DNA from: Candidatus Latescibacterota bacterium
GTDB taxonomy: Bacteria > Latescibacterota > UBA2968 > UBA8231
Direction of reading: 5' to 3'
NCBI GenBank assembly: GCA_965205655.1
Contig: CBDBIJ010000023.1
Span: forward strand, 1 to 16,571
Length of the DNA stretch: 16,571 bases
In this document: piece after piece, positions 1 through 10,065 of the stretch
How the letters are laid out: every line of letters starts with the position of its first letter
Numbering within the stretch: position 1 is the stretch's first letter
Position numbers and translations under genes: made by a program
The notes under the pieces: generated by a model
Databases searched by the model: none
What the model saw: the letters and a program-made list of their open reading frames with translations, nothing else
Told to the model about the DNA's origin: nothing

Positions 1-1
1 C

Positions 2-868
2 ACGGCCCGGCTCCTCGAAACGGGTGAGAGACTGCGACTGCTCGTACGTCCCTCCTCGGAGGTGAGCTGGCTCCGCCCGGGCGACAGGATAGAGGCGCGC
101 GTCGGGGACCTTGACCAGCCGACCGGGCTCGCAGACGTCTTCTCAGGCGTGCGGGCGGTCGTTCATCTGGCCGGCATTCGTCACGCCGCAGCGCTGACCC
201 AGCTCATCGGCAGCGACGTCGAGCAGCTGGTGATCACGAGCTCACTACGTCGGTTCTCCACCGTGTCATCAGCCTCGGTCGACGCCGTGATCGAGGGGGA
301 AAGACGAGTGGTCGAATCGGCGATGCCCTCCACGATTCTGCGACCATCCATGATTTTCGGCCCAGGGAACGACCGGAACATCTGCCGACTGGCGGCCCGG
401 CTGCGGCGCAGTCGATGGATCCCCGTGTTCGGCAACGGACGCCACCTCATGCAGCCGGTGTTCGTTCGGGATGCAGTAGAGGCGATTGTGGCGTGCCTTG
501 GACGGACAAACACGATCGGCAGGGCGTATGCCGTTGCCGGAGCGGAGGCGCTGACCTACAACGAGGTGATAGACGCCACAGGGGAGGCGGTGGGCGTAAA
601 GCCGATGAAGATTCACTTGCCGCACCAGGCGGCACTGGTGGGGCTCTGGTGCGCGGGCAAAGTGGGGGTGGGGGCCCACTTCCCGGTAACGGCGGAGCAA
701 TTGCGGCGTCTCCAAGAAGACAAGGCGTTCCCAATCTCAGAGGCGAGGGCGGATTTCGGGTACCTACCGCTGGCGTTCAAGGAGGCGTTGCGCCAGATCT
801 ACCGACCGAACGAGGAGGAGGTAGTCGTACAGTCGGGGGGTCGCGGAGAGGCGCTAGTCGATGAATGA
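2..868 (+). CDS. NAD-dependent epimerase/dehydratase (extended/atypical SDR), 5'-truncated by window edge
   Basis: The frame is open from base 2 (TARLLETGERLRLLVRPSSEVSW...). SDR-type segments include VGDL, AVVHLAG, TILRPSMIFGPG, QPVFVRD and GRAYAVAG. The GxxGxxG motif would lie upstream of the window. Confidence 0.8.
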   Translation, partial: TARLLETGERLRLLVRPSSEVSWLRPGDRIEARVGDLDQPTGLADVFSGVRAVVHLAGIRHAAALTQLIGSDVEQLVITSSLRRFSTVSSASVDAVIEGERRVVESAMPSTILRPSMIFGPGNDRNICRLAARLRRSRWIPVFGNGRHLMQPVFVRDAVEAIVACLGRTNTIGRAYAVAGAEALTYNEVIDATGEAVGVKPMKIHLPHQAALVGLWCAGKVGVGAHFPVTAEQLRRLQEDKAFPISEARADFGYLPLAFKEALRQIYRPNEEEVVVQSGGRGEALVDE

Positions 869-1917
869 GACAGTGAGTCCCGAGGGTACCGCACTGCTCT
901 TTCAAGTATCCGGTATGGCCTTCGTGGTGTCGCTAGCGGTTACCTGGCTGGTGCTGAAGCTGGCGACACGTCTCCGGCTGCTCGATTGGCCGAATCCGAG
1001 AAGCTCACACCAGGTTCCTACCCCAACACTCGGTGGCATCGGTATCGTCGCGGGGACCTGGTCAGGGTTGGTATTGCTTTTGTCGCAGGAGCCTTTTCGC
1101 GGGGTGCTCGGGTCTTCGATCTGGGCACTGGCGGGGGGACGGCCATTCTATCGATCTCCTCTCTAGATGACACGGGACGGCCTTTAAGAGTGTGGGAAAA
1201 GCTGTCGCTCCAGCTCGCGGCAGCCGGGCTGGCCGCGGGCATGGGTGCCCGCTTCGCGGAGATAACCTTGCCATGGACGGAAGCCATACCGCTCGAATCG
1301 CCCTGGAGCTGGGTGGTGAGCATCCTCTGGATTGTCGCGTTCATCAATGCTTTTAACTTCATGGATGGCATCGACGGCATCACTGTGACACAGACGGTGA
1401 GCGCCGGTCTGTGGTCGGCGGCGGCATTGTTCGCGGTGGGCAGCCCGCTCTGGCTAGTACCGGTGGTAGTGGCTGCCGCAGCGCTCGGTTCGGCGTCTTC
1501 AACGTGCCCCCGGCGCGCATCTTCATGGGAGATGTGGGGTCGATGTTCCTGGGATTCGTGCTCGCGGTCGTAGCGATCGCGGGGGAAGCTTCTGGGCTTC
1601 CTGCCTGGCTGTTTGCCGTCATCTTCGGGTATTACCTGTTCGATACGGGCTACACTTTGGCGCGCAGGCTGACGCGTGGGGAGAACGTCTTGCGCGCCCA
1701 CCGCACTCACTTGTATCAGCTGCTTGGGGAGCGCGGCTGGGGTCACGGGAAGGTCAATGTGGCCGTGCTGCTGGCAAACCTGCTCCTCGGCGCCGGGGTC
1801 TACGCCGCCCTGCGGGGTTGGCAGATGGAAGGATCAGCGGCGATCGCCGCCGCCGCGGCAATGCTGGTGGCTGTGGCGGTGTGGCTGGAGTTGGGGAGGC
1901 GGACCCGCGGTGGGTAA
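861..1917 (+). CDS. Glycosyltransferase family 4 (MraY/WecA/WbpL-like undecaprenyl-phosphate sugar-1-phosphate transferase), split by two -1 frameshifts (~1133-1138 G run; ~1489-1490 TT)
   Basis: Family motifs are spread over three consecutive ORFs: PNPRSSHQVPTPTLGGIG (861 ORF), LDD and INAFNFMDGIDG (986 ORF), PPARIFMGDVGSMFLG and AHRTHLYQ (1411 ORF). Restoring 2 nt gives ~352 aa. Confidence 0.9.
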
Positions 1918-4506
1918 AGGCCGGCAATCAAATTCACGTCCTCTTTCGTTTTTTCCTCTTCTCTTCCTCGTCATCACTACCGGGGGAATCCAGACCGGTG
2001 CCGCCTTCGCCGACGGCGGTGGCAATGCCGAGGACCTCGTGACGCCACCGAACATCATCCTCATCACCGTCGACACCTTCCGACCGGATCGGCTGGGATA
2101 CTTCGGAAACGACCGCGACACGAGCCCGATTCTGGATGCCCTCAGTGAAGAGGGTGTGTTTTTCACGCAGGCCTTCACGACATCGGCGTGGACGACACCC
2201 GGCCTCATTTCACTTCACACCTCTCTGTACGCGCCTGCTCACCGCGTGGATGTGCGCGGGCGAAGCCTCGCACCCGAAGTGGAAACGCTGGCCGACGTTC
2301 TGGTGGCGGCCGGATACCGCGCGCCGGATATCTTTTTTCTGACCGACGTTCCCAACTTTAAGAATCTCGGGTTGCAGCCGTACGAGGGGCGCAGGCTCCA
2401 CTTGAGGCAGGGTGACGAGATCCTGTTCCGCTGGCTGGAAGAGGAGGCCGCCCCGAAAGACGGCCCGTTCAGGCGGAAACCCGACACCTCCTTTCTTTCT
2501 CTACTACCACTATCGGGACCTGCATCAACCTTACAACCCCGGGCCCGAATACGAAGCCCTCTACACACCCGCGTCTTTCGGCCATCGGCTCAATCCGCTC
2601 TCGTGGATCGGCCCGCTCATGGCCAAAGAGAAGATGGATCTCGTCAAGCGCGAGGTGATGCTGCCGCGTGGTGTGATAGACTTCGCCTTCTGGGACAAAG
2701 GCTGGGTTCAGGCCCTCTATGACGGGCAGGTCCGCAAGCTCGATGACCAGTTCTTCGGCCGATTGCGCCGAACCCTGGAGGAGACGGGTCTGGGGCGGAA
2801 TTGCCTGATAATCGTCAGCGCCGACCACGGCGAAGAGCTTCTCGACCATGGCCTGGTAGGACATGTATCGACCTTCAAGGAGGCGTGGCTCTACGACGAG
2901 CTCATCCGCATCCCGCTGATCTTGTGGGGACCGCAGCATCTGCCGGCAGGGCGAATCATCGACGAGCCGGTGCAGTGCATCGATGTCATGCCAACGCTTC
3001 TCGAATTGGTCGGGGCGCCGGTTCCCGAAGGAGCACAGGGCCGTTCGCTGATGCCGCTCATCAATCATCAGGGTCGCGACAGCGGCGTGAGCACGAGTTG
3101 GCGTCCTCGACCGATCTTCTGCGAGACATCGGGCGGCGGCTACACGGCAGATCCCCAGCAGTACGCCCAGCGCCAGCGTGCCGTGCGCACTGCGCGCTGG
3201 AAGCTCCTGCACTCGATTCCGGAGAACGACAGGTTGCTCTTCGACCTGGAACGCGATCCGGGCGAGAGATCGGATGTGTCCTCCGAGCACCCCGATGTCG
3301 CCGACAGCCTCTACGGGCTCCTGCGAGAGTGGATCGCAGCGAACGCCGCCAGGTCGATGGCAGCCTCCGGCAATGACGACGCCTCGCTCGAGGCGCAGTC
3401 CGAAGCGCCACACTGGCGGGCCGCCTTGGATGACGCCGGTCCCGAGATACTTCAGCCGCAACCCGGAGACACCCTCCTATGGGGCTGGGGCCGATCAGTC
3501 CATTCAGCTGCGTTGGACGGGTGAGGTGTCTGCGGATTACACGATCGAATACTCGGTTGGCACAGGCGTGTACCACCTCGAAGGCGACCTTGCCGTCACC
3601 GGCTCCGAGCCGGTGTACGGGCCGTTCCAGGAGGATTTCTGGAACTCGCTCGTGCTTTACAACCCGTGGACACTACGAGTGTTTCGTCACGACCGCGTTC
3701 ACGAGAAGAGCGAATGGGTCACCTTTTACCTGGCGCCGACGGCCGGCGTCGCGGGACCGTCGGTCGAGTCGCTGAGTGTGATCGCTGCGGGCTCGTTCCG
3801 GGCCGGATTCACACACGGGGTGAACCTGGCGCGAGGTCTTGGGCTCGGCCTGGCAGATCTGCTCAGCTGGACGGCGCAGATACGCGTGGCTGACGCAGTC
3901 AGCTGGGCACTCATCGCCGCGCTTGCAGCCGCCGTAACGCGGCCATTGCATCGGCGTCTGGGCCCCGAGCGTTGCAAGGCCTGGGGGGCCGCCAGCCTCT
4001 ACATCGCCTTCGTGTATGCTACCATACCGGTTTTTCCGGATGTGTGGCGAACTCTGGCCACTCACACTCAGGGATCCATCCGTCACCTCGGCATCGTCGT
4101 CACCGCACTGATTCTCGCTGTGGTAGCGGCGATGGTGTGGCGGCGGTTCAAGGGCAGCACTATCCTCCCGTATGTGGCGCTGATCTGCACTGCCATCTGC
4201 TACTGCTACCTGCTGGATAGATTCGGGAAGTTCCCGGCTGAGCGGCTTCACCTGCTCGAGTACGGACTGGTCGCCGTCCTTCTACTCAAGGCGCTGCGTC
4301 TCGACATGCCATACAGGTTCGCATACGCGTCAGCCTTCGCCGCAACGGCCGTCGTGGGGCTCGCCGACGAGGGCATTCAGTGGACTCTGCCACAGCGTTG
4401 CTTCGAGCTGAAGGACGTGTTCCTCAACATGATTTCGGGGGGTCTAGGATTGGTGCTGGTGGCACTGGTACTGCCGCGGAAGACAATGTTCGATGAGCAG
4501 CCGTAG
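1910..4506 (+). CDS. Exported sulfatase/alkaline-phosphatase-superfamily protein with C-terminal VanZ-like membrane domain; two apparent +1 frameshifts (~2450-2495 and ~3472-3478)
   Basis: GTG at 1910 overlaps the upstream stop. A signal-peptide-like N-terminus (...TGAAFA-DG) precedes PNIILITVDTFRPD, WTTPG, PFFLYYHY, LYDGQV, SADHGE, DVMPTLLEL and LFDLERDPGE. The C-terminus has VanZ-type ERLHLLEYG and DEGIQ..PQR..ELKD..LN. About 864 aa if joined. Confidence 0.75.
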
Positions 4507-6836
4507 GACGGGCCCCGCCGCTCAGGGCGGCGGCCGGAGCGCGACGCTGGCCACCAGATACGTTGGCTGGGCGTTGGAGATCGCCGTTGCGGCCATCGTC
4601 GTCATCACGCCTCTGTTCCTCTCGCCCAATCTCACCAATAATCTGCAGGCCAAGAGCGCCGTCGCCCTCATCCTGTGCAGCGTCGTCGTGTTGCTGTGGA
4701 TGGTCCTCGCGGCTTTGCGGGGCCGGCTGCAGCTTCTGAAGACACCACTCTATCTGCCGTTCGTCGTATTCCTGGGCATGACCCTCATCTCCCTGGCGTT
4801 CGCCCCAGAACCGGATCAGAGGTCTGGAAGTCGTGCTCACGCAGGTGCTGATGTTCCTGCTCTTCGTGGTCGTGGCCCACCATTTCGACTCGAGGCGACA
4901 GATCTCGAGGATCCTGTGGGCCGTCATTCTCACCGGCGGCGTCGTCTCCCTCATCGGCCTTCTCCAGTACAATGGCATCGACCCGCTGCGGCTGCCCCAG
5001 CAGTACGGTCGACTGCCATTGTCCACCCTCGGCAACACAAACTTCGTGGCCCACTACCTGGATCTCATCATTCCGCTCACGGCCTCGCTGCTTGTGCTCG
5101 GGGGAGCCCGACTCTGGCAGAAGCTCGTTCTTGCCGCGGCACTGGCGCTGGCCGGGGTCCACATGCTCCTCACGGTGAACCGAGGCGGCTGGTTGAGCGT
5201 CGGGCTCGCGCTGGGGCTGTTCGCGTCGTTGAGCTTTCGGGGCCTGCGCTGGCGGCAGGTCCTGGCTGTGGTCGTAGTCGCGGCGGCCCTGATGAGCCCG
5301 GTGGGCGAATTCGCCCTGCAGAGTATTCACCTTCAGGATGGCAGGACGGTGGTATACACGGTCGTCTCGACGCACGCGGACCGGACGCTGAAGCGGGCCA
5401 CAACGATTTTCGACGATGCGGACTTTTCCCGGTCGATGCGCACGCTGATCTGGAGCGACACGGCGGCCGTCATCAAAGCGCACCCCTTTATCGGGGTCGG
5501 TCCGGGAAACTTCGAGTACTTCCTGCCCGGCTATCGATCGGTGCCGGGGCAACGGGCGTGGGCAGCGGCGGCAAAGCTGATGGGGAATCGGTCCTACGAA
5601 CCCTACTACGCCCACAACGAGTATCTCGAATTCTGGGCAGAAATCGGCATCGTCGGCATGGCCGCCGTGATCTGGCTTTTTGGCGGGCTTGTTCTTCTGG
5701 GTATCAGATTGTCGCGCCACGCCCCCTCGCTGGAAGCCGAAGGCGATCGGGCCGGCACCTGGTCTGCCCGCTCGATGACGATCGGGTGTCTGTGCGCCCT
5801 GGCAGCCGCGGTGACACACGCCTTCTTCAGCTTCAATTTTCAGGACGCGACTTCCACGACCCACTTCTGGCTGCTTGCGGGATTCATGATCGCCGTCAGC
5901 CGGGCCGGGGTCCCTCCTGCCGTCGATATCTCCATTGACCGAAAGTGGCGCCGGACCGCCGTGCTGGCGACCGGGGTCCTGGTCGCCTTCCTCGGCGGCT
6001 ATGCTGGCCTGTGCATGCTGGCGGGGGATGCTTATTATTTTCAGGCCCTGAGGCATGGCAAGTTCAAGCACTACGACAGCGCTCTCGGACTGCTGCGCCA
6101 GGCGGTGGATTGGCGGGGGCACGAATTCAGACATCATCACGAGCTCGACAGAATCGCCCATCATCGGGGTCTGTACGCCGAGGCCGAAGCCGCCCTGAGG
6201 CGCTGCCTGGAGCTGCACCCCAACGACGAGGGGGCCATGCGTCTTCTCGGCAAAACTCTGATGGCGCGGGACCGCGCCCTGGAGGCGGTTCCGGTGCTCA
6301 AGCGGGCCGTCGCCGTCGATCCCCTGACACTCGATAATCATACTCTGCTGGCGGAGTCACAGCGGCAGGCGGGTCACTACGAGGAGGCTGTCGAGGTTCG
6401 CAAGCAGGCCCTGGGGCTGCGGCCGGACGACGCCAGACTGATGATGAGTCTGGGAATCGAGTACCAGAATGCGGGACTGACTCTCGAGTCGATCGCCGTT
6501 CTCGAACAGGCGGCCAAGGTAGCACCCAGAGACGGAATGATCCGCGGCAATCTCGGCGCCGCCTACCTGCACGCGGGACAGCTGGAGAAAGCGGCAACAA
6601 GCTTCACCGAGGCGATTCGCCTCGATCCCAATCGGGTCGAGTGGCGCACGAACATCATCCTGACCCACATGCTGCTCGGCAATTTCGATCGGGCGCTTCG
6701 GGAGGGAGAGCTGGCTGGGGAACTCAATCTCCACAGTGAGGGAATCGAAACGCTCATGCAGAAACTGAGAGCCATCGATCAAGGGGCTCGGGAAATCGAA
6801 ACATCGAGCGATCGGGTGCACGTGGGAGAGGATTGA
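4493..6836 (+). CDS. O-antigen ligase (WaaL/Wzy_C-like) membrane protein with C-terminal TPR repeats; +1 frameshift at CCCC 4803-4806
   Basis: Multi-TM N-terminus with STLGNTNF, TVNRGGW, RTLIW..HPFIGVGPGNF and AHNEYLE motifs. TPR helices include ALRRCLELHPND, QALGLRPDD and EAIRLDPN. Removing one C gives FAQNRIRGLEVVLTQ and ~780 aa. Confidence 0.85.
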
Positions 6837-6840
6837 TCGC

Positions 6841-7788
6841 GTGGATCTCACCGTCGTCATACCCGTATTCAACGAGGCCGAGAGCGTGGCTCTCCTATGT
6901 GATAAACTGATTGGGCAGCTCGAGGAGCTTCCGTTGGAGTCGGAGGTCGTCTTCGTAGACGACGGCAGCACTGACGACACATACGCCGTCCTCGAGGATA
7001 TGAGTCGTCGCCACAGTCGGGTCCGAGCCCTTCGGTTTCGCCGCAACTACCGCAAGGCGGCCGCCCTGGCCGCTGGATTCAAGGAGGCGCGAGGGGAGAT
7101 CGTAGTCACAATGGACGGAGACCTGCAGGACGATCCGTCGGAGATTCCCAACCTGCTGGCCGCCCTCGAGGGAGGAAAGGATCTGGTTTCCGGCTGGAAA
7201 AAGGAGCGCCGGGATCCAGTGAGCAAGACCCTTCCGTCCAAGGTCTTCAACCTGGTGACGAGCGCAGTAGCGGGCATCCGGCTGCACGACTTCAACTGCG
7301 GATTGAAGGCCTACCGCGCCGTAGTGGCCGAGGACATGCTGCCCTATCTGTACGGAGAGCTCTACCGGTATATCCCCGCCATCGCCCACTGGAACGGATA
7401 CAGGGTGAGCGAGATCGCCGTGCGTCATCACGAGAGGCGGTACGGCCAGTCGAAGTTCGGTTCGCGACGGCTTCTCAACGGCCTCTTCGACCTGCTGTCG
7501 ATCACCTTCGTCGTCCGCTTTATGACCACTCCCATGCACCTATTCGGCAGCCTGGGCATGATCTGTGGGCTCGCCGGCACGGCCATCGGCGTCTACATCA
7601 CCTGGCTGTGGGTAAATACGGGCTCGATCCAGAATCGGCACCCGCTGCTCATCCTCTCGGTGCTGTTGATCATCGTGGGCATCCAACTTTTTTCCACGGG
7701 GCTGATAGGAGATATGCTGGCGAGCATGCACCAGCGCGGCGGCCGCACGCCGCGCGTCAGCGATTCCTGCGGAGACCGGGGATCCTGA
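6841..7788 (+). CDS. Glycosyltransferase family 2, ArnC/polyprenol-phosphate (DPM synthase-like) glycosyltransferase
   Basis: VVIPVFNE, VFVDDGSTD, MDGDLQDDP, HDFNCGLKAYR, R.YGQSKF and two C-terminal TM helices. RBS GAGGA lies just upstream of the GTG. Confidence 0.9.
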   Translation: MDLTVVIPVFNEAESVALLCDKLIGQLEELPLESEVVFVDDGSTDDTYAVLEDMSRRHSRVRALRFRRNYRKAAALAAGFKEARGEIVVTMDGDLQDDPSEIPNLLAALEGGKDLVSGWKKERRDPVSKTLPSKVFNLVTSAVAGIRLHDFNCGLKAYRAVVAEDMLPYLYGELYRYIPAIAHWNGYRVSEIAVRHHERRYGQSKFGSRRLLNGLFDLLSITFVVRFMTTPMHLFGSLGMICGLAGTAIGVYITWLWVNTGSIQNRHPLLILSVLLIIVGIQLFSTGLIGDMLASMHQRGGRTPRVSDSCGDRGS

Positions 7789-7994
7789 CGCTGAAGGGCC
7801 TCCCATTCGCGGCGCCTTCTGGCCCCCGAACAGCACGCCACGATCGCCACAACCTCACCTGGCAATAGTTTCCCGACCCTATCCAGCCGCTCCACTTTGT
7901 TTCCGCTGGCAGCGAGCACCACTCCCTGCTTTAGCCGGGGTTACTCTCGCAACTTCCTGTGCGGCAACGCCTTGGGAAGCCGGTTCCGGGAAAA

Positions 7995-8010
7995 TGGCAT
8001 AGGAATTGCT
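7995..8010 (+). promoter_or_regulatory. sigma54 (-24/-12) promoter upstream of flgB
   Basis: TGGCAT-AGGAA-TTGCT matches the TGGCAC-N5-TTGC(A/T) consensus with exact spacing, ~107 nt before the flgB ATG. Confidence 0.85.
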
Positions 8011-8116
8011 CACTGCCCCGGGCAGCTAGGCGCCCATGCGTCCTTGTGTGGGGTCATCTGCACGAGGCGGACGTCGGGCACAGCAGTGGTGAATGGAAAC
8101 ACGAAGGGTCGGCGGC

Positions 8117-8530
8117 ATGTTTCTGGACAAAGTCATTTTCAACAAGACGAAGGCACCGGTGCTGAATGCCGTGCTGGATGTGACGCAACTGCGCCAGCGC
8201 GTCATCGCCGACAACATCGCGAACGTTTCCACCGTGGGATTCAGGAAGAAGCAGGTTCGATTTCAGGAGTACCTCGATTCGTTCGTTCGCAAGCCCCCGG
8301 TGGAAGGCAGACGTTCAGATCCCCGACATATCACCATCCCCAAGCTCGTACGGAATCCTCAGGTGTTCGAATCGCAGACGAATCTCAACGACTCGGGCAT
8401 CAACAACGTGGATATCGACAAGGAGATGGCCGAACTGGCGGAAAACCACCTGTTCTTCAACGTGGGTGCCCGCCTGCTGGCCGGAACATTCAACGGGCTC
8501 AAGAAGAGCATTGTAGGACGACCTCAATAA
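8117..8530 (+). CDS. flgB: Flagellar basal-body rod protein FlgB
   Basis: LDVTQLRQRVIADNIANVSTVGF and NNVDIDKEMAELAEN motifs. The start is probably ATG 8117 (MFLDKVIF); ATG 8093 is the alternative. Confidence 0.95.
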   Translation: MFLDKVIFNKTKAPVLNAVLDVTQLRQRVIADNIANVSTVGFRKKQVRFQEYLDSFVRKPPVEGRRSDPRHITIPKLVRNPQVFESQTNLNDSGINNVDIDKEMAELAENHLFFNVGARLLAGTFNGLKKSIVGRPQ

Positions 8531-8620
8531 GAGCTGACGGCGCCGCGTGAAGCGCCGTGCCGTCAGGGGCATGAAGCCATCCGGCTCAACCATTTTTTAA
8601 GCAGGAGTCAGGACCGGACT

Positions 8621-9113
8621 ATGCAAATCTTCGATACCATGGACATCAGCGTCTCTGGCCTGAGCGCCCAGCGCCGCAAACTGACCGCCATCGCCGGCAA
8701 CGTGGCCAACGTGGACACGACCCGGACGGACGAAGGCGGACCCTTACAAGCGCCGCCGGGTCGTCATGCTGGAGGCTCCCCGGATGACGAAATTCTCCAC
8801 CATGCTGGAGGAGCAGAAGGGCCGCCTGCTGCGCACCGATTTCAAGCACATGATGGAGTCGGAGCCGCGGCCGGCGGAGATCTTCGTCGGCTCGGGCGTG
8901 CTGACCCAGGAGGTGCGCGAAGAGCCAGTCAAGCCCCGGATCGTCTACGATCCGAACCACCCGGACGCCAGGGAAGACGGGTTCGTCGTTTACCCCGATA
9001 TCAACGTGATCACGGAGATGGTCGACATGATCTCCGCATCGCGGGCCTACGAGGCAAACGCGACGGTGTTGAACGCTGCCAAAGATATGGTAAACCGGTC
9101 GCTCGACATCTGA
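8621..9113 (+). CDS. flgC: Flagellar basal-body rod protein FlgC; +1 frameshift at CCCTT 8741-8745
   Basis: ISVSGLSAQR..IAGNVANVDTTRT.EGGP|YKRRRVV, YDPNHPDA..GFVVYPDINVITEMVDMISASRAYEAN. AGGAG RBS at 8603-8607. About 163 aa when corrected. Confidence 0.93.
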
Positions 9114-9141
9114 TCGGTTAAGACAGGCAGGACGCCCCGAC

Positions 9142-9441
9142 ATGGAGCTTCATAGTCTCAACTCCGGGACCGGGGTCGCCCCGGCGCAGGGAGGCAGGGG
9201 TGGCCCGGCCCCAGGTCGCCGATTCGACGCGGTGATCTCCGATCGGGGCATACAGCTCTCGGAGGTGGACGCCGCACCGCAGCCTGCCGCGGCAGCGCCG
9301 GCAGCCGATGTCGAAGCCGAAAGCGGCCCCGACCGACCGATGGCACAGATGAACGAGGATTGGATCTATACCCAACGCGGGGCCAATGCCCGAGCTCCGG
9401 CAGTGTCACCGCTGGGTCAAACGCTAGATGTGACGGGATAG
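9142..9441 (+). CDS. Small hypothetical flagellar-cluster protein (99 aa, Ala/Pro-rich, C-terminal LGQTLDVTG)
   Basis: It fills the gap between flgC and the transglycosylase exactly (28 nt and 7 nt spacers), with AGGA RBS ~9 nt upstream. Confidence 0.6.
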   Translation: MELHSLNSGTGVAPAQGGRGGPAPGRRFDAVISDRGIQLSEVDAAPQPAAAAPAADVEAESGPDRPMAQMNEDWIYTQRGANARAPAVSPLGQTLDVTG

Positions 9442-9448
9442 ACTGAGC

Positions 9449-10063
9449 ATGAGTCGAGAAAGCACCAAATCAGTCGCGGTGTCGCTGATATCGATCGCCG
9501 TTTTCATGGCGCCTGCGGCCGGTCACTGCGACTTGGACCACATTGTGACGAGATCCTTCCGAGCCGACGCCCGGGCGAACATCCTGAGCCGCAGCGCGGA
9601 GCGGGATGATGGCAGAGCAAGCGCCAAGATGGCGTCGAGGACGCTGGATCTGGCGAACCTGGAGCGGACGGTGCGATACCGGCCGCTCATCGAGCATTAC
9701 AGTCATCTGAACGGAGTGGACCCCGAGCTCGTGGCCGCCATCATCTACGCGGAGTCGGGCGGTGATCCCAAGGCCGTCTCGACTCAGGGCGCTGCTGGCC
9801 TGATGCAGTTGATGCCGGCCACAGCAGCCGAACTGGGCGTAACGGACCGCCACGACGCCCAGCAGAATATCTCCTCCGGCACGCGCTATCTCGGACAGCT
9901 CATGGACCGGTTCGGCTCGACGGAACTCGCCCTGTGGGCCTACAACGCCGGGCCGGGAGCGGTAAAGGCCGGGCGCATGCCGAGCCAGACACGCCGCTAT
10001 GTGCCACGAGTTCTGCAGGTAAAACGAGTGCTAGAGAGATTGAATTCGACTTCGAGGAACTAA
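9449..10063 (+). CDS. Lytic transglycosylase (SLT domain)
   Basis: Catalytic AES motif (IIYAESGGDPKAVS), GAAGLMQLMPATA, AYNAGPG and TRRYV, plus a hydrophobic N-terminal signal-like segment. Confidence 0.93.
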   Translation: MSRESTKSVAVSLISIAVFMAPAAGHCDLDHIVTRSFRADARANILSRSAERDDGRASAKMASRTLDLANLERTVRYRPLIEHYSHLNGVDPELVAAIIYAESGGDPKAVSTQGAAGLMQLMPATAAELGVTDRHDAQQNISSGTRYLGQLMDRFGSTELALWAYNAGPGAVKAGRMPSQTRRYVPRVLQVKRVLERLNSTSRN

Positions 10064-10065
10064 CG

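Noticed and set aside
4785..6341. Long minus-strand ORFs (518 aa here; also 2469-3461, 11922-13061, 12742-13671, 15133-15909)
   Set aside because: These are antisense shadows of GC-rich real genes with no recognisable motifs.
7860..7950. c-di-GMP-I riboswitch-like fragment (TAGCCGGGGTTAC) upstream of flgB
   Set aside because: The conserved 5' GGCAAA...GAAA...ACGCAAAGC core is absent, and the segment lies upstream of the sigma54 promoter.
9118..9143. Possible sigma28 promoter TTAAG...CCCGACAT
   Set aside because: Spacing is off by one, the -10 match is weak and it overlaps the start codon.
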